NCBI GenBank assembly: GCA_943357975.1
Contig: CALRGS010000001.1
Span: forward strand, 1 to 59,136
From: Candidatus Nomurabacteria bacterium
GTDB taxonomy: Bacteria; Patescibacteriota; Minisyncoccia; Phycocordibacterales; UBA1006
Direction: 5' to 3'
DNA: 59,136 nt
Part shown: one piece after another, positions 7,088-14,172 of the stretch
Layout of the letters: each line of letters starts with the position of its first letter
Numbering within the stretch: position 1 is the stretch's first letter
The notes under the pieces: model-generated
What the model was told of the DNA's origin: nothing
Database searches by the model: none
Seen by the model: the letters and a program-made list of their open reading frames with translations, nothing else
Translations under genes and position numbers: made by a program

Positions 7088-7993
7088 ATGATTACGCTCC
7101 ATAAAAATAACCACCTCGTTTGGGTTGACCTAGAAAATCCGACTTCCGAGGATATTGCCAGTATTATCAAGGAATACGCGGTCCATCCGACTTGGGCAAG
7201 CGAACTCCTCAGTCCATCAGAACGTGCAAAAACCGATACCAACGAAACCACCTTTTATGCCGTCCTTCACTACCCCAACCACCCCTCTCGCCATAGTGAT
7301 GGTCGTGAAATAGAGGTTGACTATATTGTCTCAGAAAAGTTTTTAATCACTGCGCACTACACCCCTATTGATACCTTCATTGAATTCGAAAAAAAATTTG
7401 ACGTCGCAAGCAGTTTAGATCGAATGCAGATTAAAACTGGTGCTGAATTATTTCTCTCGTTGAATAATCAATTGTACCGAGGTCTCCGCGAAGAACTTGA
7501 GCCATTCAGAAAAGAAGCCAAGAAAATTGAATCTGAAATTTTCCAAGGACATGAGTTTCATATGGTAAAGGAGGTTTCCATGCTCGGCAGTCGCCTCCTT
7601 GATTTTAGACAATCATTACGTCCACATAAAATTATTTTGAAATCACTTGAGTTTCAAGCTCCAAAACTATTCCCACACGTACTTGCAACTGAAGATAAGA
7701 TTTTCCGAGAATATTTCCGTGTGGAATCTGCACTTGAAAATATTCGAGAACTCCTCAAGGAGCTTCGCGATACTAACGACTCACTCCTTACTGCAAAAAA
7801 CAATGAGGTAACCAAAAAACTTACCTTGATGGCATTCGTTACCTTCCCGCTTACCCTTGTGGCAACCATACTCCTTGCTCATAATGCACCTAGTATGTTC
7901 CAAGGCATTAACGGTTTTTGGACCATTGTCGGAATTCTCGTAGTATTGTTTCTCGGTATGCAAATATACTTTACCTATAAAAAGTGGATTTAG
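7088..7993 (+). CDS. CorA-family divalent cation transporter-like protein (GMN motif replaced by AHN)
   Basis: ORF trimmed to MITLHKNNHLVWVDLENPT. CorA-like cytoplasmic domain plus 2 C-terminal TM helices (FPLTLVATILLAHNAPSMF). Confidence 0.7.
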   Translation: MITLHKNNHLVWVDLENPTSEDIASIIKEYAVHPTWASELLSPSERAKTDTNETTFYAVLHYPNHPSRHSDGREIEVDYIVSEKFLITAHYTPIDTFIEFEKKFDVASSLDRMQIKTGAELFLSLNNQLYRGLREELEPFRKEAKKIESEIFQGHEFHMVKEVSMLGSRLLDFRQSLRPHKIILKSLEFQAPKLFPHVLATEDKIFREYFRVESALENIRELLKELRDTNDSLLTAKNNEVTKKLTLMAFVTFPLTLVATILLAHNAPSMFQGINGFWTIVGILVVLFLGMQIYFTYKKWI

Positions 7994-8005
7994 ATCCACT
8001 TTTTT
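7983..8005 (+). terminator. intrinsic terminator after the corA-like gene
   Basis: AGTGGAT-tta-GATCCACT hairpin followed by TTTTT; it directly abuts the cysS -10 element. Confidence 0.65.
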
Positions 8006-8020
8006 GGTATATTTACGTCT

Positions 8021-9412
8021 ATGAAGATCCAACTCACCAATACTCTTGGTCACAACAAAGAAGTCTTTACGCCCCTCAAGGAGGGTTTTGTCGGTATGTA
8101 TCACTGCGGACCGACCGTCTATTGGAATCAGCATATTGGAAATATGCGCGCCGTAGTTATTGCTGACCTGGTACGTCGTATGTTTATGTACAATGAATAT
8201 ACTGTAACCCTTGTGCGTAACTACACCGACGTAGGTCACCTTACTGGTGATAATCTTGGTGACGCTGATACAGGCGAGGATCGCATGACGAAAGCGGTAC
8301 GACGTGAAAACCTTACTCCTGATGCTATTGCTCAAAAATACATCGATATCTATAAGCACGATATTGGACTATTGAACAATCTCCCTCCTACTCACGATCC
8401 ACGAGCTACAGAATATATTTCTGGAATGATTGAGCTTGTTTCTGAACTATTAAAAAATGGAAATGCCTATACTACTGATCAAGCTGTTTATTTTGATGTA
8501 ACCACCTATCATGAATACACAAAACTTTCTGGACAAAAACTCGCAGCCCAAGAAGTAGGTGAGGGTCACGGATCTGTAAGCGATCCCAACAAGCGCAATC
8601 CTGCGGACTTTGCTATTTGGTTTTTCAAAACAGGAACCCATAGTAACGCACTACAAACATGGCCATCTCCATTTACTTCACCTCTCGTAGAACATGGTGA
8701 AGGATTTCCTGGGTGGCATATTGAATGTTCTGCTATGAGTAAAGCATTCCTCGGCGAAACGTTTGATGTACACATGGGAGGGATTGAACATATCCCTATT
8801 CACCACACTAATGAAATTGCACAATCAACCTGTGCAAATCATGCCCACTTCGTAAATTATTGGCTCCATAATGAGCACCTTATTGTTGATGGTAAAAAAA
8901 TGGCTAAGTCTGATGGAACGTCGTACGTAATGGCAGATATTATAGAAAAAGGTTTTGAACCACTCGCGCTTCGCTACTTCTTCCTTCAAGCTCACTATCG
9001 ATCTAAACAAAATTTTACTTGGGAGAGCCTCACCGCTTCACAGACTGCTTACAAAAAACTCCGTACTACCCTTTCGGGGTTTCCTGATGATGGAATTGTT
9101 TCAGAATCATACCAAGTACTCTTCCATGAAATGATCAATGATGATTTAAATACCGCAGGAGCCCTTGCTGTTGTTTGGGAACTTTTGAAAAATAAAGACG
9201 TTGCTGATGCAGACAAAAAGGCTACCATCCTCGATTTCGACAAGGTCCTTGGTTTGAAACTTGATGAAAAGGTTGTCGAGCAAGCAATTCCAGCAAACGT
9301 TCAAGCCCTCATCGACGAACGAACCCAGGCACGTGCTGAAAAAGACTGGGTCAAGTCTGACGAATTACGCGATACGATCAAGGCACTAGGATTTGAAGTA
9401 AACGATAAATAG
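8021..9412 (+). CDS. cysS: cysteine--tRNA ligase
   Basis: 463 aa with HIGN (HIGH), GWHIECS and KMAKS (KMSKS) motifs. Confidence 0.95.
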   Translation: MKIQLTNTLGHNKEVFTPLKEGFVGMYHCGPTVYWNQHIGNMRAVVIADLVRRMFMYNEYTVTLVRNYTDVGHLTGDNLGDADTGEDRMTKAVRRENLTPDAIAQKYIDIYKHDIGLLNNLPPTHDPRATEYISGMIELVSELLKNGNAYTTDQAVYFDVTTYHEYTKLSGQKLAAQEVGEGHGSVSDPNKRNPADFAIWFFKTGTHSNALQTWPSPFTSPLVEHGEGFPGWHIECSAMSKAFLGETFDVHMGGIEHIPIHHTNEIAQSTCANHAHFVNYWLHNEHLIVDGKKMAKSDGTSYVMADIIEKGFEPLALRYFFLQAHYRSKQNFTWESLTASQTAYKKLRTTLSGFPDDGIVSESYQVLFHEMINDDLNTAGALAVVWELLKNKDVADADKKATILDFDKVLGLKLDEKVVEQAIPANVQALIDERTQARAEKDWVKSDELRDTIKALGFEVNDK

Positions 9413-9457
9413 TGCTATCTTAAAATAAAATATTCCTTCACCCATAAAGCCCTTATC

Positions 9458-9655
9458 ATGAAAGAGCGTGCAAATAGTAGTATAAGTCGGTTGATGATCG
9501 CTTATGGATTTTTCTCATTTACAGTTTTTGAAGCTTCCCTCATGATTGATATCCTGAGCAATCATGGATATATATCATCTGCCTTTAGTGGTGGTGTTAT
9601 GCTCCTGGCACTCATTATCTTTCTCTGGTTAAAACCAAAAACTGGTCCGGCCTGA
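9458..9655 (+). CDS. small membrane protein (2 TM), hypothetical
   Basis: 65-aa ORF followed by a terminator. Confidence 0.5.
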   Translation: MKERANSSISRLMIAYGFFSFTVFEASLMIDILSNHGYISSAFSGGVMLLALIIFLWLKPKTGPA

Positions 9656-9688
9656 AAAAACCTTCTTTGAATTCAAAGAAGGTTTTTT
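9655..9688. terminator. bidirectional terminator between the 9458..9655 gene and dnaJ
   Basis: CCTTCTTTGAATTCAAAGAAGG palindrome flanked by A6 and T6. Confidence 0.75.
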
Positions 9689-10775
9689 ACAACTCTTTTC
9701 TCAACTCCTCAATCATTTCCTTTGCTTTCTTGGAAAGTCGCTTCGGCATAGCTACCTTAATTCCAACAATCAAATCCCCTCTTCCGCGCCCGTGCATCAC
9801 CCCCTTCCCTTTGATCTTAAACTGATCACCTGTATTTGCTCCTTCTGGAATATGGAGTTTTTCCTTGCCGTCCAATGTTTCAATTTCAATCTCTATCCCA
9901 AGGAGTGCATCAGCAAGGTCAATTTCACGAGACATTATCAAATCATTCCCCGCTCGTTTTAAAGTTGAATGCGAATCAATTGCGATATGAATATATAAAT
10001 CTCCTGACTGTCCATGAGGTACAGCTTCCCCTGCCCCATCCATACGAAGCGTGTCCCCGTTATTTAATCCAGCGGGAATTTTAATAGTAATTTCTTCTTT
10101 ATTACGAACAACACCTGCACCCTTACACAGCTCACATTTGTGTTCAGGAATTTTCCCAGTACCGTAGCACGCATCACATTCTGCCTGTGTCTGCATATTC
10201 CCAAGCATCGTCCGCTGCATTTTAACAATACGACCTTTTCCATTACAAGTTGTGCAGGTATTCATTTTTACACCCTTCTTGGCACCAGATCCTTCGCAGG
10301 TTTTACATGCTGAAACTTTATTCAACACAGCCTTTTTCTCAACACCAAAGACCATTTCCTTGAAGGTAATTTTAATCTGCGTTTCAATATCATTTCCTCG
10401 GCGTACCTTTGATCGTCCACCGCCGAATGCCCCACCAAATAAATCTCCAAGGTCAAATTCAAATCCACCTTGTCCAAAACCTCCTTGTTGAAATTGTGAA
10501 AAATCGAAACCTTCAAATGGATTTCCTCCACCTCCAAAAGGATTGCCGCCTTGGCCACCAAACTGTGGTCCACTCGATCCAAACTGATCATATTGCGCAC
10601 GTTTAGATTTATCCGAGAGTGTCTGATATGCCTCGTTTATTTCTTTGAATTTTTTATCATCGCCCTTATTTTTATCAGGGTGATACAAATGTGCCAACTT
10701 TCTAAACGCACTCTTAATATCCACTTCTGATGCGTTTTTATCAACTCCTAAAGTTTTGTAATGGTCTTTTGACAT
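9687..10775 (-). CDS. dnaJ: molecular chaperone DnaJ
   Basis: J domain with HPD, a G/F-rich region and four CxxCxGxG zinc motifs. Confidence 0.95.
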   Translation of the reverse strand: MSKDHYKTLGVDKNASEVDIKSAFRKLAHLYHPDKNKGDDKKFKEINEAYQTLSDKSKRAQYDQFGSSGPQFGGQGGNPFGGGGNPFEGFDFSQFQQGGFGQGGFEFDLGDLFGGAFGGGRSKVRRGNDIETQIKITFKEMVFGVEKKAVLNKVSACKTCEGSGAKKGVKMNTCTTCNGKGRIVKMQRTMLGNMQTQAECDACYGTGKIPEHKCELCKGAGVVRNKEEITIKIPAGLNNGDTLRMDGAGEAVPHGQSGDLYIHIAIDSHSTLKRAGNDLIMSREIDLADALLGIEIEIETLDGKEKLHIPEGANTGDQFKIKGKGVMHGRGRGDLIVGIKVAMPKRLSKKAKEMIEELRKEL

Positions 10776-10784
10776 GATTTAAAT

Positions 10785-10833
10785 CCTCACCCGGCCGCAC
10801 GTACTCCCACCCTCTCCACTATCGTGGAGAGGG
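10785..10833 (+). repeat. REP-like hairpin element, family A, copy 2 (dnaJ 5' leader)
   Basis: CCTCACCCGG..CCA-CCCTCTCCAC-TATC-GTGGAGAGGG. Confidence 0.8.
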
Positions 10834-10863
10834 TTTCAATTTGAAAGCATTTCGCCTTCTATA

Positions 10864-10899
10864 CTCAACAGATTATACGTGGAATCTGTTGAGAAACAA
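10864..10899 (-). promoter_or_regulatory. predicted dnaJ promoter embraced by a perfect 10-bp inverted repeat (candidate operator)
   Basis: Minus strand: TTGTTT(10894-10899)-16-TATAAT(10872-10877). IR is CTCAACAGAT(10864-10873)-N10-ATCTGTTGAG(10884-10893). Confidence 0.45.
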
Positions 10900-10923
10900 G
10901 GAGAAATAAGGGTTATTTATCAC

Positions 10924-10951
10924 TTGACAAATATTCATATTAGTGTATAAT
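10924..10951 (+). promoter_or_regulatory. predicted promoter of the 10985..11266 gene
   Basis: TTGACA(10924-10929)-16-TGtTATAAT(10946-10951). Confidence 0.6.
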
Positions 10952-10984
10952 GTATACATTCTTTAACTTAATAAATTATTTACT

Positions 10985-11266
10985 ATGCATTATGAATATT
11001 GGTCATTTACAACTCTGGTTGCAACCAGTCAGGTAGGAATTCCTATGCGGGCATACATATCGGGGGTAATATCATCGGAAGCGGGAGATTTCCCTTTAGA
11101 GCAAGTACCCGCTGCATTATCTAAAATCAGTGAAGCACAGGGAGTCAAATTATTAAATTCTGATAACTTCATTCTGATAAACCAGGTAGGCATCACCAAA
11201 GAAGCCTACGAGGACCACAACAATCGCACCAAAGGAAAAGGCACCTTTCTGTCAGTAGAACTGTAA
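10985..11266 (+). CDS. hypothetical protein (93 aa) between dnaJ and dnaK, on the opposite strand
   Basis: ORF with a consensus promoter and a downstream long hairpin terminator (11281..11325). Confidence 0.55.
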   Translation: MHYEYWSFTTLVATSQVGIPMRAYISGVISSEAGDFPLEQVPAALSKISEAQGVKLLNSDNFILINQVGITKEAYEDHNNRTKGKGTFLSVEL

Positions 11267-11317
11267 TACTCTACTTCGTTAAACCTCTTTATTATACTAA
11301 CGTATTATAAAGAGGTT

Positions 11318-13201
11318 TTATTTTGCCTCACTTTCTCCTTCTTCTGTCGCATCGGCTGCCGGTTCTGCTTCAGGAGCTGCTTGTGCAGCTTTTTCTTGTT
11401 CAGCCTTCTGAATCACTTCATAAATTTTCATCATTTCTGTAGAAAGTTTTTCATTCGCATCATGAATCGCTGCTGCATCCTCTTTATCCTTCACCTCCTT
11501 GAGTGCAGCAATCGCACCATCAATAGAAGCCTTGGTAGCCTCATCAAGCTTGTCACCATATTCCTTCAATGATTTCTCTGCCGCGAACAAACTTGTTTCT
11601 GCGGTATTTTTCTTGTCTACCAATTCTTTTTTCTTCTCATCTTCTTCTTTATATTTTTCAGCATCTTCATGCATTTTTTTAATATCAGCATCAGAAAGTC
11701 CTCCTCCTGATTGCACGGTAATAGAAGCCTCTTTGTTACTTGCCTTGTCCATAGCCTTCACATTCAAGATTCCGTTCGCATTAATATCAAACGTCACTTC
11801 AATTTGTGGCATGCCTCGTGGGGCTGGCGCAATATCCCCGAGCACGAATTTTCCAAGAGACTTGTTATCACTCGCCATGGGTCGTTCACCTTGAACAATA
11901 TGAATTTCTACTGATGTCTGATTATCAGCGGCTGTAGAAAATACTTGCGATTTAGAGGTTGGGATAGTTGTATTTCGTTCAATTAATTTTGTAGCCACAG
12001 ATCCCATAGTTTCAATACCAAGTGACAATGGAATAACATCAAGGAGGAGTACATCCTTCACGTCTCCCTGTAATACTCCGGCCTGCACCGCAGCACCTAA
12101 TGCTACTACTTCGTCTGGATTAATCGTTCGGTTAGGTTCTTTACCAAATAACTTTTTCACTTCCTCAAGGATCTTCGGCATACGAGTCTGTCCTCCTACC
12201 ATGATCACTTCATCGATTTCACCAATCTTAAATGGTGATGCCGCAATGGCTCGCTTAGTGATTTCAATAGACTTATCAATAAACGGCGCAGCCAATTCCT
12301 CAAGTTTCGCTCGAGTCATTTTCATTACCAAGTGTGCAGGAACTCCATCGTTCTGTGCGATAAATGGAATATTAATTTCACTTTCAACGGCCGTAGACAA
12401 TTCATGCTTTGCTTTTTCTGCAGCTTCTTTCAATCGTTGTAACGCAAGGACGTCTTTGGTTACATCAATTCCAGATTCTTTTTTAAATTCTGCAGCAATC
12501 CACGCAATAATTTCTCGATCAATGTCTTCTCCTCCCATGTGCGCATCTCCGTCGGTAGATTTTACTTCTACAAGGTCCGCACCTACTTCAAGTACTGAAA
12601 TATCAAATGTTCCTCCTCCGAAGTCATACACAGCAATCTTCTGCTCTTTTTTAGAATTAAATCCGTAAGCCAAGGCGGCAGCGGTTGGTTCGTTAATAAT
12701 TCGCATAACATTCAGTCCTGCAATTTTACCTGCATTTACGGTTGCCTGTCGCTGAGAGTCATCAAAATATGCGGGTACGGTAATCACAGCCTCGGTAATT
12801 TTCTCACCAAGCTTTGCTTCTACGTCTGCCTTGATTTTAGAAAGGATCATCGCAGAAATTTCTTCGGGACGATATTCTTTATCTCCAAGTTTTACTGATA
12901 CTCCAGCATCTCCACCACTTGAAATTTTAAAGGGTGAATGCGCCAAGTCTTTTTTTACTACCTCGTCGGTAAACTTGTGACCCATGTAACGCTTGATTCC
13001 GAAAATAGTATTTTCTGGATTGGTTACTGCTTGGCGTTTCGCCAAAGCTCCCACCATGCGGTCGCCATTTTTTGCAAGTGCAACAATACTAGGTGTCGTT
13101 CGTGCACCTTCTACGTTTTCAATGATTTTTGGCTGTCCTCCTTCGATGATTGAGACAGCGCTGTTTGTTGTTCCTAAGTCGATTCCAATGATTTTTGACA
13201 T
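11318..13201 (-). CDS. dnaK: molecular chaperone DnaK (Hsp70)
   Basis: 627 aa with [17 protein letters not shown] and other Hsp70 signatures. Confidence 0.97.
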   Translation of the reverse strand: MSKIIGIDLGTTNSAVSIIEGGQPKIIENVEGARTTPSIVALAKNGDRMVGALAKRQAVTNPENTIFGIKRYMGHKFTDEVVKKDLAHSPFKISSGGDAGVSVKLGDKEYRPEEISAMILSKIKADVEAKLGEKITEAVITVPAYFDDSQRQATVNAGKIAGLNVMRIINEPTAAALAYGFNSKKEQKIAVYDFGGGTFDISVLEVGADLVEVKSTDGDAHMGGEDIDREIIAWIAAEFKKESGIDVTKDVLALQRLKEAAEKAKHELSTAVESEINIPFIAQNDGVPAHLVMKMTRAKLEELAAPFIDKSIEITKRAIAASPFKIGEIDEVIMVGGQTRMPKILEEVKKLFGKEPNRTINPDEVVALGAAVQAGVLQGDVKDVLLLDVIPLSLGIETMGSVATKLIERNTTIPTSKSQVFSTAADNQTSVEIHIVQGERPMASDNKSLGKFVLGDIAPAPRGMPQIEVTFDINANGILNVKAMDKASNKEASITVQSGGGLSDADIKKMHEDAEKYKEEDEKKKELVDKKNTAETSLFAAEKSLKEYGDKLDEATKASIDGAIAALKEVKDKEDAAAIHDANEKLSTEMMKIYEVIQKAEQEKAAQAAPEAEPAADATEEGESEAK

Positions 13202-13216
13202 GTGATTTGTTTAAAA

Positions 13217-13465
13217 TTAATTATTATTTTTTAATTCTTTCTTCCCCTCCTCTATCCCCTTCTCATACCCCTTTTTATACCCCGTCCGTTTTGCAGTTTC
13301 CCCAATGGCATAAACAAAGATCACCATCGCAGTAATTTTAATCCCAAGTAAGTTTCCCCAAATTATCAAGAGTACTATTGCAATGACCACCAGACCAAAA
13401 ATAGTCTTTGGCCCCATCTCTGTAAGGCTCCACATTTGTTTTTCGAGATTTTTCATATATTTCAA
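13217..13465 (-). CDS. small membrane protein (2 TM) heading the dnaK transcription unit
   Basis: 82-aa ORF, 15 nt upstream of dnaK and downstream of a consensus promoter. Confidence 0.55.
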   Translation of the reverse strand: MKYMKNLEKQMWSLTEMGPKTIFGLVVIAIVLLIIWGNLLGIKITAMVIFVYAIGETAKRTGYKKGYEKGIEEGKKELKNNN

Positions 13466-13533
13466 GCCTGCTTCGGTTAAGCTATGCAGGATACGACAAG
13501 CTTTCCGCGACCGCGAAATACTTGTACAAAGCT

Positions 13534-13561
13534 ATTATATTCTTTGTTTTAAAGGTGTCAA
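13534..13561 (-). promoter_or_regulatory. predicted promoter of the 13465-dnaK unit
   Basis: Minus strand: TTGACA(13556-13561)-16-TATAAT(13534-13539). Confidence 0.6.
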
Positions 13562-13573
13562 CCCCATACTAAT

Positions 13574-13601
13574 TTGACACCAAACTCGAATCTGTTATGA
13601 T
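13574..13601 (+). promoter_or_regulatory. predicted promoter of small RNA copy 1
   Basis: TTGACA(13574-13579)-16-TGtTATGAT(13596-13601). It sits back to back with the dnaK-unit -35. Confidence 0.6.
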
Positions 13602-13607
13602 GACACC

Positions 13608-13699
13608 ATGCCTGTGGGGCGAGAAATCTCTTTCCCTGGCTCGGCTAACCAAGCTGAAGACAGGCATTATTAAAAAATCATCCTTCGGGATGATTTTTT
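13608..13699 (+). ncRNA. candidate structured small RNA, copy 1 (three-way junction plus intrinsic terminator); class unknown
   Basis: P1 AUGCCUGU(13608-13615)/ACAGGCAU(13660-13667), hairpin a 13616-13636, hairpin b UCGGCU-AACCA-AGCUGA 13641-13657, terminator ATCATCC-TTCG-GGATGAT-U5 at 13677-13699. There is no plus-strand CDS downstream. Homologous to 46566..46645. Confidence 0.55.
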
Positions 13700-14070
13700 A
13701 ATGGTATCAAATCTCGTTTTCCTGTTATCCAGCCTGGAATAATTGATAAGAACGTATAGGATCCATCTCCTAATTTCATAACAACTACTTTATATTTTCT
13801 TTCTTGAACTATTGCAATAAAACAAAAGAATTCTTTTTCTGTGTTTTCATACTCTTGAAGCGTCCCTGATTTTTGAATAATTTCTGAAACAAAATCAAGG
13901 GCTTCAAATCGTTGTTTAATAATCTTCTTACTCCTCATACCTTTTTCCAATTTCCAAATAAGATGTTTAAATCCTCGAGACCTAAAAGACACTTCCTGTT
14001 CAAGGTATGGACAAAAGACTGATTCAAGTTTTTTGTACTTCTCTCGAAGAGGCTCAATAAATCCATGCAT
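13678..14070 (-). CDS. orphan protein family X, copy 1 (130 aa), convergent with small RNA copy 1
   Basis: Paralog of 46644..47012, sharing CP.L..E..F...GF.HLI.K...RF..L..V..I...KVV..KL. The stop codon lies inside the shared terminator hairpin. Confidence 0.7.
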   Translation of the reverse strand: MHGFIEPLREKYKKLESVFCPYLEQEVSFRSRGFKHLIWKLEKGMRSKKIIKQRFEALDFVSEIIQKSGTLQEYENTEKEFFCFIAIVQERKYKVVVMKLGDGSYTFLSIIPGWITGKRDLIPLKNHPEG

Positions 14071-14148
14071 CTTTATATCCTACCAAACCGGGATAAAATC
14101 CATATCAATTTTTTCTCAAGAAATTCTCAAGAAATCTCTATCTCAACC

Positions 14149-14171
14149 AAAGAAGCCCCATGGGCTTCTTT
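14149..14171 (-). terminator. intrinsic terminator after the ABC transporter gene
   Basis: AAAGAAGCCC-cat-GGGCTTCTTT hairpin. Confidence 0.6.
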
Positions 14172-14172
14172 G

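Noticed and set aside
10864-10893. The dnaJ inverted repeat as a CIRCE element.
   Set aside because: The sequence and spacing (10-N10-10) do not match the CIRCE consensus from memory. It is kept only as a generic operator candidate.
11381-13205. Several 60-155-aa ORFs on the plus strand inside dnaK (for example 11499..11894 and 12201..12668). Similar antisense or offset ORFs occur inside ftsI, rsmH, dnaJ, alaS, pepF-like, smc, gyrB, thrS, dnaE and others.
   Set aside because: They lie wholly within strongly supported conserved genes, on the opposite strand or in another frame. They have low-complexity translations and no promoter or terminator signals, so they are shadow ORFs.
13608-13673. 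Reading the small RNAs as leaderless peptide genes: 21 codons (MPVGREISFPGSANQAEDRHY) at copy 1 and 11 codons (MLARIKPLSAL) at copy 2.
   Set aside because: The two peptides share no similarity or length, whereas the RNA stems are conserved with compensatory changes. A tiny peptide cannot be fully excluded.
13608-13699. Small RNA copy 1 as SRP (4.5S) RNA or another known housekeeping RNA.
   Set aside because: I could find no GNAR tetraloop with the flanking conserved AGCA/GGA symmetric-loop pattern. There are also two diverged copies, each tied to a paralogous protein. This was not checked against Rfam.
13678-14070. The orphan family X proteins as IS200-type Y1 transposases. The reasons for considering this were the small size, a VFCPY-like N-terminal motif and structured flanking RNA.
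   Set aside because: No HUH motif and no catalytic Tyr context is visible, and no subterminal palindromes flank both sides.
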